Source of the DNA: a virus
Taxonomy: Duplodnaviria > Heunggongvirae > Uroviricota > Caudoviricetes
DNA length: 22,189 nucleotides
Strand: one strand, 5' to 3'
Virus record (IMG/VR): IMGVR_UViG_2687453530_000003
The notes under the pieces are model-generated. The model ran no database searches, had not been told where the DNA came from, and was given only the letters and a program-made list of their open reading frames with translations. Position numbers and translations under genes: made by a program. Within the stretch, counting starts at the first letter, position 1. The number at the start of each line of letters is the position of its first letter. Below are positions 1 through 12,055 of this stretch, piece after piece.

Positions 1-584
1 ATCATCCACCCAACTTAACTGAAACCAGGATGAAGTATATGCATATAAAGTTCACTTTGCCAAACTTCAGTATAAAAAACCACATAAAAAATAGGGTGTG
101 ATAAAAAATACCGTAACAATAAAGCAAAGGATTATAAATTCCGTTACAGTTACAAATGATACTCAAGAAACAATTCCTTAGGAAAAACTTATTTACAGCC
201 AATAAGTAAGACACTTATATGATATCAAGTTTTCATAAAACATAACTAGGCTAAATAGCTGCGCCTAATACCGCTACACTTTTGCCAGCCCATGTTTGCC
301 TCCGGGTATTGACCCCTTCTCTACGCAACTTCAGTTCCCACCACCAACTTTGCGGCAGCTTTGTAGGATCAATGTCTAAAAGAATAATGGTGACCGATAA
401 GAAAACAACTGAATAACTGCAAATTTTCGCTCAAAACCTTCCTGTCAGATCCATAGCGAATCAAGTGCTGAATGTCACAGTATCGAACAGAAAACAGTGA
501 CGATCTAACCCTTCAAGAATATTCTACGATTGTTCTGTTTAGGAAAAGCAAGGCGGGAAGTCGGGAGATAAGTCATTGATAAAG

Positions 585-645
585 TGGCGGAGAGAGGGGG
601 ATTTGAACCCCCGGTAGAGTTGCCCCTACTCCGGTTTTCGAGACC
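585..645 (-). tRNA. 3' fragment (~61 nt) of a tRNA-Ser (serU/CGA-like) gene; the 5' half is absent, so this is an att-core-like remnant, not a functional tRNA
   Basis: Reverse complement reads GGTCTCGAAAACCGGAGTAGGGGCAACTCTACCGGGGGTTCAAATCCCCCTCTCTCCGCCA, matching the anticodon-stem-to-CCA end of E. coli tRNA-Ser(CGA) as recalled; the sequence 5' of it does not match the tRNA. Confidence 0.6.
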
Positions 646-1388
646 GATGATACAGAGTCGAAAAATCAAAGAGTTAAAAATTTTTCTTGGAATAAATGTC
701 TTAAAATCGTACACGAAAAATCAATGAATTACATAACATTAAAGAAGAATATTCCAAGCCTTCTTGAGGCTACCACCTGTTTTCAGGTGTCATTCAGACG
801 TGATTTGCCCCAGATTGGGAAAGCACGCTTTTTTCTCAGCTATCGTCCTCTTATTTTGCCGTTACATTTCTTTTTGCACTCTAATGATTAATTTACAATA
901 ATAATATCGGTAATTATTGAGTAATAATAAATTGGTTATTGCAAATGTAATTTAATTCCATCTTCGCGTTATATTCCAATCTTTAATCTCCGCATGGAAC
1001 AAGTTGCATGCGTGACTATATTAAGACAACTTATAACCACCAAAACATTTGCTTTGCAAGCAAAAACATTGACCATTGACTCTAAGAAAATTCCGATCTA
1101 TTGTTAGGGTCATCAAAGTTACTTAACAGTATTCCGAAATGAAAATACAAAGCAAGCTAATTGTCTTATTAAACATTATCATTGCATTTATATTATTTGA
1201 GCTTTTAGCTCAAAAATTTGGTTTGAGTACATTATTTTAAAGCAAGATAAACAATATCGGGCACTCTAGTTTTTATAATTAACAATTAAACGTCCATAAA
1301 ATGTTATTTACTTTTCTTCGCTATTGTCATATCTTAATATAGTGGCTTACGCCACTCTACTTTCATCACATTTTGTACGTTTATGTAC

Positions 1389-1419
1389 TCGCCATGAAGC
1401 TCTTTCATGGCGATTTTTT
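1389..1419 (+). terminator. Rho-independent terminator: perfect 10-bp stem, 5-nt loop, T6 tract
   Basis: tcgccatgaa-gctct-ttcatggcga followed by tttttt, read directly. Confidence 0.5.
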
Positions 1420-1685
1420 ATTCTTAATCCAAGAACATACTCCCTACCTATAGCAAAATCACTTTTTGAACAAAAGAATAACGTATTTAGGTAATCATTA
1501 CGAATTTACCCTATAGGTGCTACTGGCCATTCAATATCCGGTGCAGTTGTTGTATTAACACGGTTCAGCAACACCCGATACTTTTTCCAGGCTTCCAGCA
1601 ACGAGTTTTCTTCCTCCGTTGCGATCTCCAGCCCAACAACAGTCTGAACGTACCGGGAACAGCCTCCTTCAGGGCTTGAAGGATA

Positions 1686-3938
1686 TCAATGTTCGCTTCC
1701 TGTTAACTGCCGGACAAGTGCAACCAGTTCGCTTACCTGATTTTCCAGAGTGCTGATCCGGGTGCCTGCTGTTGCCAGATTTTTACGTAGCGTTATGTTT
1801 TCCTCTTCCAGCGCGGTAACGCGACCATCTGTTTCACGGGCGACCTGAACAAGTAACCCCGTCACGGCGGCGTAGTCAACATTCAGATAACGTGTTTCTT
1901 CACGTAATTCATTGCCGTCAACCGTTGGTCCCTGCAACTCTTCACCGTAATGAGTAAACGATCCCACAGCTTCTGGTATCGCCTCCATTACTTCCTGTGC
2001 AATAACGCCAGCATAAGGCATCCCGTTTTCCCTGAGCGTGTAGGTGTATCCGTTCATTTTACGGATTGCTTTCGTCGCGTCGCTGATAACGAGAATATCG
2101 TCTTTAAGGTCGCGGTCTGATGACTGATTCAGCGTTGTGCAATTAATAGCGCCATTTACATCAAACAACTGGCCTGCTGACGTTTTTTGCGCATAAAACA
2201 GATACGCAGCAGACGTTCCAACCTCAAAAACGTTTTGTCGATCACTTGATCCCCATACTTTTGCGGCAAATGATAGTTCTGTATTACCTAAGTTCTGTAA
2301 AACAAAACGATTTCCAGTCCCTGTTTGTTTTGTAAGAGTTAAATCAACAGTTGAGTTAACCTCATCCTTGTTGATAGTGAGCGCCTGCGCTTTAGCCCCG
2401 TTAACAGCACCTGTTTTGAGTTGAACCGCGCCGTCATTACCATTTAACAGTATCTCAGCTCCGCTAAAGAAATTTTTTAGCGACAGCATCTTACTTACGC
2501 CGACTGATGAACCCAACGCCCACGCGAGAGAATTACCGGTGCTATCAAACCCACGTACAAAGCAATCCATTTTGCTATAGTCTGACGTGCTTCCAAGGAC
2601 ATCAATTCGCCCTCCGCCAGATTTTACCGGGTTAGATGTGGTTAATGACCTGACAGCAAGATCGGTAGATGAATTGAGATCGTCTACTGTTAGTAATTTC
2701 TTCCATTCCTGCGTCGTTCCATTTTCAATTGTTCTTCCCCAAAAACCGGAATTGCGGCCTCCGAACTGCACAGCATAATTTTTACTAAATTGAACATGAA
2801 TGCCGCCAAGAACCATAGAACCTGCCGGGCCGTTTGTACTGCCTGCAATTGGTATAAATTTATTAATGTTATCAGTATGCTGCGTGTTCCAGTCTCGTCC
2901 TGTTTTTGTAAGCAGTCCTAATGTCGTGTCGAGCGCTTCGGTTAAAGTAAGGTTTTTAAATTTAACTGCGCTACTTTCGCCAAGACTTAAGTTGTTTCGC
3001 GCATCTTCTACTGTTGTCGCACCTGTACCTCCTTGCCCAACAGCTAATGGCAACCAGCCAGTGCCATTATGACAACCCCACAAACCAGATTTGGAAACCT
3101 GTAAGCGTGGTGCGCCTGAAGAATACGTAGAATATACGTAAGTTGTTTCTTTTCCCTCTTCAACCCTTTCTGTTGATACATCTCTCTTCCATTCAGACCA
3201 GGTACCGCTTCCTCCTTCATATATTCGTCTATAAGTAATTCCCGGATTATTATAAGGGTAGTACACCTGAACGCAGGAAGAAGCAGTGTTGGCTCTCGTT
3301 TGGAGCACTATTAAAGCGCCCGCCAGACCGATTGGGTAATTTAATTCTTCTGTTGCGTAAGCGCTCGTTGGTTGTTGATAGAAACCAGAATATTCACCGG
3401 TAAGGGTGTTTAGGTCAGTATTAGCAAGGCCAGCTTTTTGCTCATACATTACCCGCAAGTTCGCACGTGCTTGCTCGATAGTTCTTCCACCAGTACCGCC
3501 CTGGGCTAAACCTAACGGAGACCATTGTCCAGAAGAAGAATCATAAACTCCCCAACTCCCGTTAGTATGGATTTCAAAGAAACGATCACCAGTTGGACCA
3601 TACATACGAGTTGTTGATTCATTTTGACCAAAGCGGCTTAATTCATCTCTGCGGGTATGACGTATCCATTGCGGGCCAGAACTTTGGCTGTAAATGTACG
3701 AATACAATGATTTTGTATCTGAACCAACAAATAGACCGGAATATCTTTTTGTTGACACTTCTGATCTAACTATATAACCAGAAATAAGATTATCACCGGC
3801 ACTAGACGCTACTGATGGATAACCTTTCGCTGAGATGTAAATCCTGACAAATCCAATATAACCTGATGGCTCAACAGAGATATCAGTGCAGGTCAGCCCC
3901 CCACGCCAGAGACGTGTTGCTGTGGCGACCGTCATCAC
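1686..3938 (-). CDS. Tail fibre protein fragment with C-terminal intramolecular chaperone (peptidase S74-like) domain; probably 5'-truncated, with the true N-terminus replaced at a junction inside lom near position 3890
   Basis: 750-aa ORF with GGTG-x-T-x-E-x-AR-x-NL fibre repeat motifs and a C-terminus (DRDLKDDILVISDATKAIRKMNGYTYTL...) typical of self-cleaving fibre/endosialidase chaperone domains; the first ~16 codons overlap lom out of frame. Confidence 0.7.
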   Translation of the reverse strand: MMTVATATRLWRGGLTCTDISVEPSGYIGFVRIYISAKGYPSVASSAGDNLISGYIVRSEVSTKRYSGLFVGSDTKSLYSYIYSQSSGPQWIRHTRRDELSRFGQNESTTRMYGPTGDRFFEIHTNGSWGVYDSSSGQWSPLGLAQGGTGGRTIEQARANLRVMYEQKAGLANTDLNTLTGEYSGFYQQPTSAYATEELNYPIGLAGALIVLQTRANTASSCVQVYYPYNNPGITYRRIYEGGSGTWSEWKRDVSTERVEEGKETTYVYSTYSSGAPRLQVSKSGLWGCHNGTGWLPLAVGQGGTGATTVEDARNNLSLGESSAVKFKNLTLTEALDTTLGLLTKTGRDWNTQHTDNINKFIPIAGSTNGPAGSMVLGGIHVQFSKNYAVQFGGRNSGFWGRTIENGTTQEWKKLLTVDDLNSSTDLAVRSLTTSNPVKSGGGRIDVLGSTSDYSKMDCFVRGFDSTGNSLAWALGSSVGVSKMLSLKNFFSGAEILLNGNDGAVQLKTGAVNGAKAQALTINKDEVNSTVDLTLTKQTGTGNRFVLQNLGNTELSFAAKVWGSSDRQNVFEVGTSAAYLFYAQKTSAGQLFDVNGAINCTTLNQSSDRDLKDDILVISDATKAIRKMNGYTYTLRENGMPYAGVIAQEVMEAIPEAVGSFTHYGEELQGPTVDGNELREETRYLNVDYAAVTGLLVQVARETDGRVTALEEENITLRKNLATAGTRISTLENQVSELVALVRQLTGSEH

Positions 3939-4380
3939 TTCCGGTCAGCACATCGTGCGTTTTCCCCTTATTGTCAGTTACGCGGATATAATCCCCGGAA
4001 AAAGTCGACACACGGCTGTAAGCCACACCCGCCATCGCATACGCGCTGAACCATTCATTCACGCGCACAGACGGCCCCGCCATTACGCTGAACCAGCGGT
4101 TACGAACGGAATCTTCATGCCAGCGGGTATCGCTGTAACGGGTCAGCTGACGATTCTTGTCTCCTGCATAGCTGAATGACGTCACCATCCCCAGTGTGTC
4201 CGTAAACTCATAACGGTATTTCACGTTAATCCCGTTCAGATCATCACTGCCGGGAACGTTCGTCCGGGCATGAAGATACCCCGCGCTCAGCGTGGACTGA
4301 TGTTCAGACGCCCATGCAGGCGCACCGGATACGGCCAGACAAATGGCTGCGGACAAAATGGCGGCATAAAGTTTACGCAT
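3883..4380 (-). CDS. lom: Lom/Ail-family outer-membrane protein, C-terminally truncated (165 aa versus ~206 in lambda; lacks the terminal aromatic beta-barrel signature)
   Basis: Signal peptide MRKLYAAILSAAICLAVSGAPAWA and near-identity to lambda Lom through ...NTSLAWGA, then divergence and a stop. Confidence 0.8.
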   Translation of the reverse strand: MRKLYAAILSAAICLAVSGAPAWASEHQSTLSAGYLHARTNVPGSDDLNGINVKYRYEFTDTLGMVTSFSYAGDKNRQLTRYSDTRWHEDSVRNRWFSVMAGPSVRVNEWFSAYAMAGVAYSRVSTFSGDYIRVTDNKGKTHDVLTGSDDGRHSNTSLAWGADLH

Positions 4381-4446
4381 AATTACCTCTCGCTTTTCTG
4401 CAATAAAAAAGGCGTCATTTCTGACGCCCGTTCTGGGTTATAAAAT

Positions 4447-6401
<1,955 letters not shown>

Positions 6402-6427
<26 letters not shown>

Positions 6428-6947
6428 TCAGCAACCCCGGTATCAGTTCATCCAGCGCGGCTGCTTTGTTCATGGCTTTGATGATATCCCGTTTCAGGAA
6501 ATCAACATGTCGGTTTTCCAGTTCCGGAAAACGCCGCTGCACCGACAGGGGGATCCCGTCGAGAATACTGGCAATTTCACCTGCGATCCGCGACAACACG
6601 AAAGTACAGAATGCGGTTTCCACCACTTCAGCGGAGTCTCTGGCATTCTTCAGTTCCTGTGCGTCGGCCTGCGCACGCGTAAGTCGATGGCGTTCGTACT
6701 CAATAGTCCCTGGCTGGAGATCTGCCTCGCTGGCCTGCCGCAGTTCTTCAACCTCCCGGCGCAGCTTTTCGTTCTCAATTTCAGCATCCCTTTCGGCATA
6801 CCATTTTATGACGGCGGCAGAGTCATAAAGCACCTCATTACCCTTGCCACCGCCTCGCAGAACGGGCATTCCCTGTTCCTGCCAGTTCTGAATGGTACGG
6901 ATACTCGCACCGAAAATGTCAGCCAGCTGCTTTTTGTTGACTTCCAT
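6402..6947 (-). CDS. nu1: Terminase small subunit Nu1 (NohD-like)
   Basis: 181 aa, MEVNKKQLADIFGASIRTIQNWQEQGMPV..., the winged-HTH N-terminus of lambda Nu1. Confidence 0.9.
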
Positions 6948-7124
6948 TGTTCATTCCACGGACAAAAACAGAGAAAGGAAACGACAGAGGCCAAAAAGCT
7001 CGCTTTCAGCACCTGTCGCTTCCTTTCTTTTCAGAGGGTATTTTAAATAAAAACATTAAGTTATGACGAAGAAGAACGGAAACGCCTTAAACCGGAAAAT
7101 TTTCATAAATAGCGAAAACCCGCG

Positions 7125-7136
7125 AGGTCGCCGCCC
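7125..7136. other. cosN cohesive-end site; the flanking region 6948-7124 would be cosB
   Basis: AGGTCGCCGCCC is the reverse complement of the lambda 12-nt cohesive end GGGCGGCGACCT, flanked by the lambda left-end sequence CTCGCGGGTTTTCGCTATTTATGAAAATTTTCCGG on the minus strand. Confidence 0.8.
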
Positions 7137-7335
7137 CGTAACCTGTCGGATCGCCGGAAAGGACCCGCAAAATGATAATAATTATCATCTGCATGTCACA
7201 ACGTGCATCTACGCCATCAAACCACGTCAAATAATCAATTATGACGCAGGTATCGTATTAATTGATCTGCATCAACTTAACGTAAAAACAACTTCAGACA
7301 ATACAAATCAGCGACACTGAATACGGGGCAACCTC

Positions 7336-7530
7336 ATGTCAACGAAGAACAGAACCCGCAGAACAACAACCCGCAACATCCGCTTTCCTAACCAAATGAT
7401 TGAACAAATTAACATCGCTCTTGAGCAAAAAGGGTCCGGGAATTTCTCAGCCTGGGTCATTGAAGCCTGCCGTCGGAGACTAACGTCAGAAAAGAGAGCA
7501 TATACATCAATTAAAAGTGATGAAGAATGA
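7336..7530 (+). CDS. ylcI: Small basic hypothetical protein of the lambdoid right-end region (YlcI-like)
   Basis: 64-aa ORF at the same relative position as in DLP12/lambda; identity by recall only. Confidence 0.5.
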   Translation: MSTKNRTRRTTTRNIRFPNQMIEQINIALEQKGSGNFSAWVIEACRRRLTSEKRAYTSIKSDEE

Positions 7531-7694
7531 ACATCCCGCGTTCTTCCCTCCGAACAGGACGATATTGTAAATTCACTTAATTACGAGGGCATTGCAGTAA
7601 TTGAGTTGCAGTTTTACCACTTTCCTGACAGTGACAGACTGCGTGTTGGCTCTGTCACAGGCTAAATAGTTTGAATGATTAGCAGTTATGGTGA

Positions 7695-7901
7695 TCAGTC
7701 AACCACCAGGGAATAATCCTTCATATTATTATCGTGCTTCACCAACGCTGCCTCAATTGCTCTGAATGCTTCCAGAGACACCTTATGTTCTATACATGCA
7801 ATTACAACATCAGGGTAACTCATAGAAATGGTGCTATTAAGCATATTTTTTACACGAATCAGATCCACGGAGGGATCATCAGCAGATTGTTCTTTATTCA
7901 T
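7695..7901 (-). CDS. ybcW: Hypothetical protein (YbcW-like)
   Basis: 68-aa ORF; position and size match DLP12 ybcW as recalled. Confidence 0.5.
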
Positions 7902-8186
7902 TTTGTCGCTCCATGCGCTTGCTCTTCATCTAGCGGTTAAAATATTACTTCAAATCTTTCTGTATGAAGATTTGAGCACGTTGGCCTTACATACATCTGT
8001 CGGTTGTATTTCCCTCCAGAATGCCAGCAGGACCGCACTTTGTTACGCAACCAATACTATTAAGTGAAAACATTCCTAATATTTGACATAAATCATCAAC
8101 AAAACACAAAGAGGTCAGACCAGATTGAAACGATAAAAACGATAATGCAAACTACGCGCCCTCGTATCACATGGAAGGTTTTACCA

Positions 8187-8597
8187 ATGGCTCAGGTTGC
8201 CATTTTTAAAGAAATATTCGATCAAGTGCGAAAAGATTTAAACTGTGAATTGTTTTATTCTGAACTAAAACGTCACAACGTCTCACATTATATTTACTAT
8301 CTAGCCACAGATAATATTCACATCGTGTTAGAAAACGATAACACCGTGTTAATAAAAGGACTTAAAAAGGTTGTAAATGTTAAATTCTCAAGAAACACGC
8401 ATCTTATAGAAACGTCCTATGATAGGTTGAAATCAAGAGAAATCACATTTCAGCAATACAGGGAAAATCTTGCTAAAGCAGGAGTTTTCCGATGGGTTAC
8501 AAATATCCATGAACATAAAAGATATTACTATACCTTTGATAATTCATTACTATTTACTGAGAGCATTCAGAACACTACACAAATCTTTCCACGCTAA
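8187..8597 (+). CDS. ybcV: Hypothetical protein of unknown function (YbcV-like, DUF1398-like)
   Basis: Start chosen at [10 protein letters not shown], preceded by GGAAGG; the longer ORF start at 8064 has no ribosome-binding site. Confidence 0.6.
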   Translation: MAQVAIFKEIFDQVRKDLNCELFYSELKRHNVSHYIYYLATDNIHIVLENDNTVLIKGLKKVVNVKFSRNTHLIETSYDRLKSREITFQQYRENLAKAGVFRWVTNIHEHKRYYYTFDNSLLFTESIQNTTQIFPR

Positions 8598-8887
8598 ATC
8601 ATAACGTCCGGTTTCTTCCGTGTCAGCACCGGGGCGTTGGCATAATGCAATACGTGTACGCGCTAAACCCTGTGTGCATCGTTTTTAATTATTCCCGGAC
8701 ACTCCCGCAGAGAAGTTCCCCGTCAGGGCTGTGGACATAGTTAATCCGGGAATACAATGACGATTCATCGCACCTGACATACATTAATAAATATTAACAA
8801 TATGAAATTTCAACTCATTGTTTAGGGTTTGTTTAATTTTCTACACATACGATTCTGCGAACTTCAAAAAGCATCGGGAATAACACC

Positions 8888-9181
8888 ATGAAAAAAATGC
8901 TACTCGCTACTGCGCTGGCCCTGCTTATTACAGGATGTGCTCAACAGACGTTTACTGTTCAAAACAAACCGGCAGCAGTAGCACCAAAGGAAACCATCAC
9001 CCATCATTTCTTCGTTTCTGGAATTGGGCAGAAGAAAACTGTCGATGCAGCCAAAATTTGTGGCGGCGCAGAAAATGTTGTTAAAACAGAAACCCAGCAA
9101 ACATTCGTAAATGGATTGCTCGGTTTTATTACTTTAGGCATTTATACTCCGCTGGAAGCGCGTGTGTATTGCTCACAATAA
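8888..9181 (+). CDS. bor: Bor lipoprotein (serum-resistance / Iss family)
   Basis: 97 aa, lipobox LLITGC, convergent with the lysis genes as in lambda and DLP12. Confidence 0.85.
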   Translation: MKKMLLATALALLITGCAQQTFTVQNKPAAVAPKETITHHFFVSGIGQKKTVDAAKICGGAENVVKTETQQTFVNGLLGFITLGIYTPLEARVYCSQ

Positions 9182-9212
9182 TTGCATGAGTTGCCCATCG
9201 ATATGGGCAACT

Positions 9213-9674
9213 CTATCTGCACTGCTCATTAATATACTTCTGGGTTCCTTCCAGTTGTTTTTGCATAGTGATCAGCCTCTCTCTGAGGGTGAAATAATCC
9301 CGTTCAGCGGTGTCTGCCAGTCGGGGGGAGGCTGCATTATCCACGCCGGAGGCGGTGGTGGCTTCACGCACTGACTGACAGACTGCTTTGATGTGCAACC
9401 GACGACGACCAGCGGCAACATCATCACGCAGAGCATCATTTTCAGCTTTAGCATCAGCTAACTCCTTCGTGTATTTTGCATCGAGCGCAGCAACATCACG
9501 CTGACGCATCTGCATGTCAGTAATTGCCGCGTTCGCCAGCTTCAGTTCTCTGGCATTTTTGTCGCGCTGGGCTTTGTAGGTAATGGCGTTATCACGGTAA
9601 TGATTAACAGCCCATGACAGGTAGACGATGATGCAGATAACCAGAGCGGAGATAATCGCGGTTACTCTGTTCAT
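9213..9674 (-). CDS. Rz: Rz i-spanin
   Basis: [17 protein letters not shown]... near-identical to lambda Rz; start set at the internal Met of the 157-aa ORF. Confidence 0.9.
   Translation of the reverse strand: MNRVTAIISALVICIIVYLSWAVNHYRDNAITYKAQRDKNARELKLANAAITDMQMRQRDVAALDAKYTKELADAKAENDALRDDVAAGRRRLHIKAVCQSVREATTASGVDNAASPRLADTAERDYFTLRERLITMQKQLEGTQKYINEQCR
9272..9454 (-). CDS. Rz1: Rz1 o-spanin lipoprotein, embedded in Rz in the +1 frame
   Basis: 60 aa with lipobox VVVGC and a PPPPP tract, identical in layout to lambda Rz1. Confidence 0.85.
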   Translation of the reverse strand: MLKLKMMLCVMMLPLVVVGCTSKQSVSQCVKPPPPPAWIMQPPPDWQTPLNGIISPSERG

Positions 9675-10168
9675 TGCTGACCCCACAAACAGATTTCACG
9701 CTCAATCTCACGACGAGTCATGAGACCTTTCCATTGCTTACCGCCAGCATATGTCCAGCGACGTAGCTGATCACATGCGCCTTTGATATCGCCCTGGTTT
9801 ATTTTGCGAAGAAGCGTCGATGTTCTGAAATTGCCAGCACCCACGTTGTAAACGAATGAGTAAAGAGCGCCGCGCGTTGTTTCCGGTATATCGACTTTGA
9901 TGTACGGGTTAATTTGTCTGGCGACAGTGGCAAGGTCTTTATTCAAGAGTGCTTTGCATTCTGCTTTGGTATACGTTTTACCGAGCATGATGTCTTTTCC
10001 GGTGTGTCCGTGACATACAGTCCATACGCCAACGATATCTTTGTATGGTACGTAGCTGACACCTTCCAGACCATCGTTACCACTTGGGCCAGTAATTAAC
10101 ACTGATGCTATAGCAATTGCTCCGCCACCAATAGCAGCAGCAACGGCTTTTCGTAATGATGGAGGCAT
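9671..10168 (-). CDS. R: SAR endolysin (T4-lysozyme fold, phage 21 R type)
   Basis: 165 aa; N-terminal weakly hydrophobic Gly/Ala-rich signal-anchor-release segment [18 protein letters not shown] followed by a lysozyme domain. Confidence 0.9.
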   Translation of the reverse strand: MPPSLRKAVAAAIGGGAIAIASVLITGPSGNDGLEGVSYVPYKDIVGVWTVCHGHTGKDIMLGKTYTKAECKALLNKDLATVARQINPYIKVDIPETTRGALYSFVYNVGAGNFRTSTLLRKINQGDIKGACDQLRRWTYAGGKQWKGLMTRREIEREICLWGQQ

Positions 10169-10383
10169 TATTCACCTCTCGCAGCCTTGCGCTTATCTTC
10201 TTTAATCTTGAAATAAAGGTTTGTCAGGTACGTCAGCAGGCCAAATACCAGGCTACCCAGCACACCTATTGCTGCCCACTGTGAGGGCGTGACTTTATCG
10301 AGCAGCTGTAAAAACCAGTAACCGGCACTACCTGCTGAGGTGCCATAGGCGACACCCGTTGTTAACTTATCCATGGATTTCAT
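10168..10383 (-). CDS. S: Pinholin S21 (71 codons, with dual start MKSMDK giving antiholin and holin)
   Basis: [26 protein letters not shown]...[17 protein letters not shown] matches the phage 21 pinholin; the 5' extension of the ORF is non-coding. Confidence 0.85.
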
Positions 10384-10512
10384 AACCCCACCTCGCAGAC
10401 AAAGCGGGTGTAAATTGAGGGAATACAACGTATCGCAAAAAAGCAGAAACGTAACAGACTCGGAGTCAGTGAATAACTCAGGTATTGGGTTATCAGCTAA
10501 TATCGAGACTCA

Positions 10513-10543
10513 AAAAATGGAAAAACCCGCTCGACGGCGGGTT
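10513..10543 (-). terminator. Intrinsic terminator on the minus strand, candidate tR'-like late-leader terminator upstream of S
   Basis: Minus strand reads AAACCCGC-CGTCGA-GCGGGTTTTTCCATTTTTTG: 8-bp GC-rich stem plus U-tract. Confidence 0.45.
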
Positions 10544-10972
10544 TAAGCTGTGTGACGAAGTAACCACTCTTAACAGCATAACCAATTTTTTACGTACGTA
10601 AACCACTAAATGATATTTGCGAGAATGCTACCGAGTATTGAAAACACCACTACAAATACATAAGAAAATCTCAACAAATAACCAATAAATAATTTCCAGT
10701 GTTATTTTTAGCCGGTTTAAATTGAACCTTCAAATTATAGAGCACTTATAAATAACAGCCGTTAATATAAATTGGCTAATAGATTTATTTTTATTCAGCC
10801 AAGAGCCATGAATAGGATTCGATAGAAAAAAGTTCAGATAAAAATAGAGATCTACTTCACAAATCAAACGAGAAACTAAAACTTACATCTTGAAATAATC
10901 ACATTGATTAGATGAATATTTATCGCGCAGTGACATCATTTTTTAATAATAGTTCAAAAAAAAGGGCTCACG

Positions 10973-12055
10973 ATGAAAAAATTAACAGTGGCAATTTCTG
11001 CTGTAGCTGCATCAGTACTGATGGCGATGTCTGCTCAGGCAGCTGAAATTTATAATAAAGACAGTAACAAGCTGGATCTGTACGGGAAAGTTAATGCCAA
11101 GCACTACTTCTCCTCTAATGATGCAGATGATGGTGATACTACTTATGCCCGTCTTGGCTTCAAAGGTGAAACCCAAATCAACGATCAACTGACTGGTTTC
11201 GGTCAGTGGGAATATGAATTCAAAGGCAACCGCGCTGAATCTCAAGGTTCCTCCAAAGATAAAACCCGTCTTGCCTTCGCTGGCCTGAAATTCGGTGACT
11301 ACGGCTCCATCGATTACGGCCGTAACTACGGTGTAGCATACGACATCGGTGCATGGACCGACGTTCTGCCAGAATTCGGTGGCGATACCTGGACCCAAAC
11401 AGATGTATTCATGACTGGTCGCACCACAGGTGTTGCAACTTATCGTAACAACGACTTCTTTGGTCTGGTTGATGGCCTGAACTTTGCAGCTCAGTATCAG
11501 GGCAAAAATGACCGAAATGAAGTAACTGAAGCTAATGGCGATGGTTTCGGTTTCTCAACTACTTATGAGTATGAAGGATTCGGCGTGGGTGCAACCTATG
11601 CTAAATCTGATCGCACTAATAATCAGGTTATCTACGGTAACAACGGTCTGAATGCTTCTGGTCAAAATGCTGAAGTATGGGCAGCTGGTCTGAAATATGA
11701 TGCGAACAACATCTATCTGGCCACCACCTATTCTGAAACCCAGAACATGACTGTTTTTGGTAATAACCATATTGCCAACAAAGCACAAAACTTCGAAGCT
11801 GTTGCACAATATCAGTTCGACTTCGGCCTGCGTCCATCCGTTGCTTACCTGCATTCTAAAGGAAAAGACTTGGGTGTTTGGGGTGATCAGGACCTGGTTG
11901 AATATGTTGATGTAGGTGCAACCTATTACTTCAACAAAAATATGTCCACTTTTATTGACTACAAAATCAACCTGATTGATAAGAGCGATTTCACGAAAGC
12001 ATCTGGCGTTGCTACCGATGATATCGTTGCTGTAGGTATGGTTTACCAGTTCTAA
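10973..12055 (+). CDS. nmpC: General porin of the OmpC/OmpF family, phage-borne NmpC/Lc type (lysogenic-conversion moron)
   Basis: 360 aa, signal peptide [30 protein letters not shown]..., C-terminal ...VAVGMVYQF; sits on the strand opposite the lysis genes as in DLP12. Confidence 0.9.
   Translation: MKKLTVAISAVAASVLMAMSAQAAEIYNKDSNKLDLYGKVNAKHYFSSNDADDGDTTYARLGFKGETQINDQLTGFGQWEYEFKGNRAESQGSSKDKTRLAFAGLKFGDYGSIDYGRNYGVAYDIGAWTDVLPEFGGDTWTQTDVFMTGRTTGVATYRNNDFFGLVDGLNFAAQYQGKNDRNEVTEANGDGFGFSTTYEYEGFGVGATYAKSDRTNNQVIYGNNGLNASGQNAEVWAAGLKYDANNIYLATTYSETQNMTVFGNNHIANKAQNFEAVAQYQFDFGLRPSVAYLHSKGKDLGVWGDQDLVEYVDVGATYYFNKNMSTFIDYKINLIDKSDFTKASGVATDDIVAVGMVYQF

Noticed and set aside
2-214. 70-aa minus-strand ORF at the window edge
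   Set aside because: Very AT-rich and low-complexity, no ribosome-binding site, no recognisable domain; likely chance ORF.
585-680. A complete functional tRNA gene
   Set aside because: Only the 3' ~61 nt match tRNA-Ser; the 5' acceptor stem and D-arm sequence is absent, so it is a fragment.
505-714. 69-aa minus-strand ORF
   Set aside because: Runs straight through the tRNA-Ser fragment in its sense direction; the tRNA-derived sequence explains the open frame.
2587-3072. Two plus-strand ORFs (63 and 90 aa) inside the tail-fibre gene
   Set aside because: Antisense to a well-supported long CDS; Pro/Ser-rich translations typical of reverse-strand artefacts.
3886-4179. 97-aa plus-strand ORF
   Set aside because: Antisense to lom.
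6466-7046. 120-aa and 179-aa plus-strand ORFs
   Set aside because: Antisense to nu1 and the cosB region.
7063-7320. 85-aa plus-strand ORF
   Set aside because: Spans cosN and the lambda right-end non-coding DNA; it would be split in the linear phage genome.
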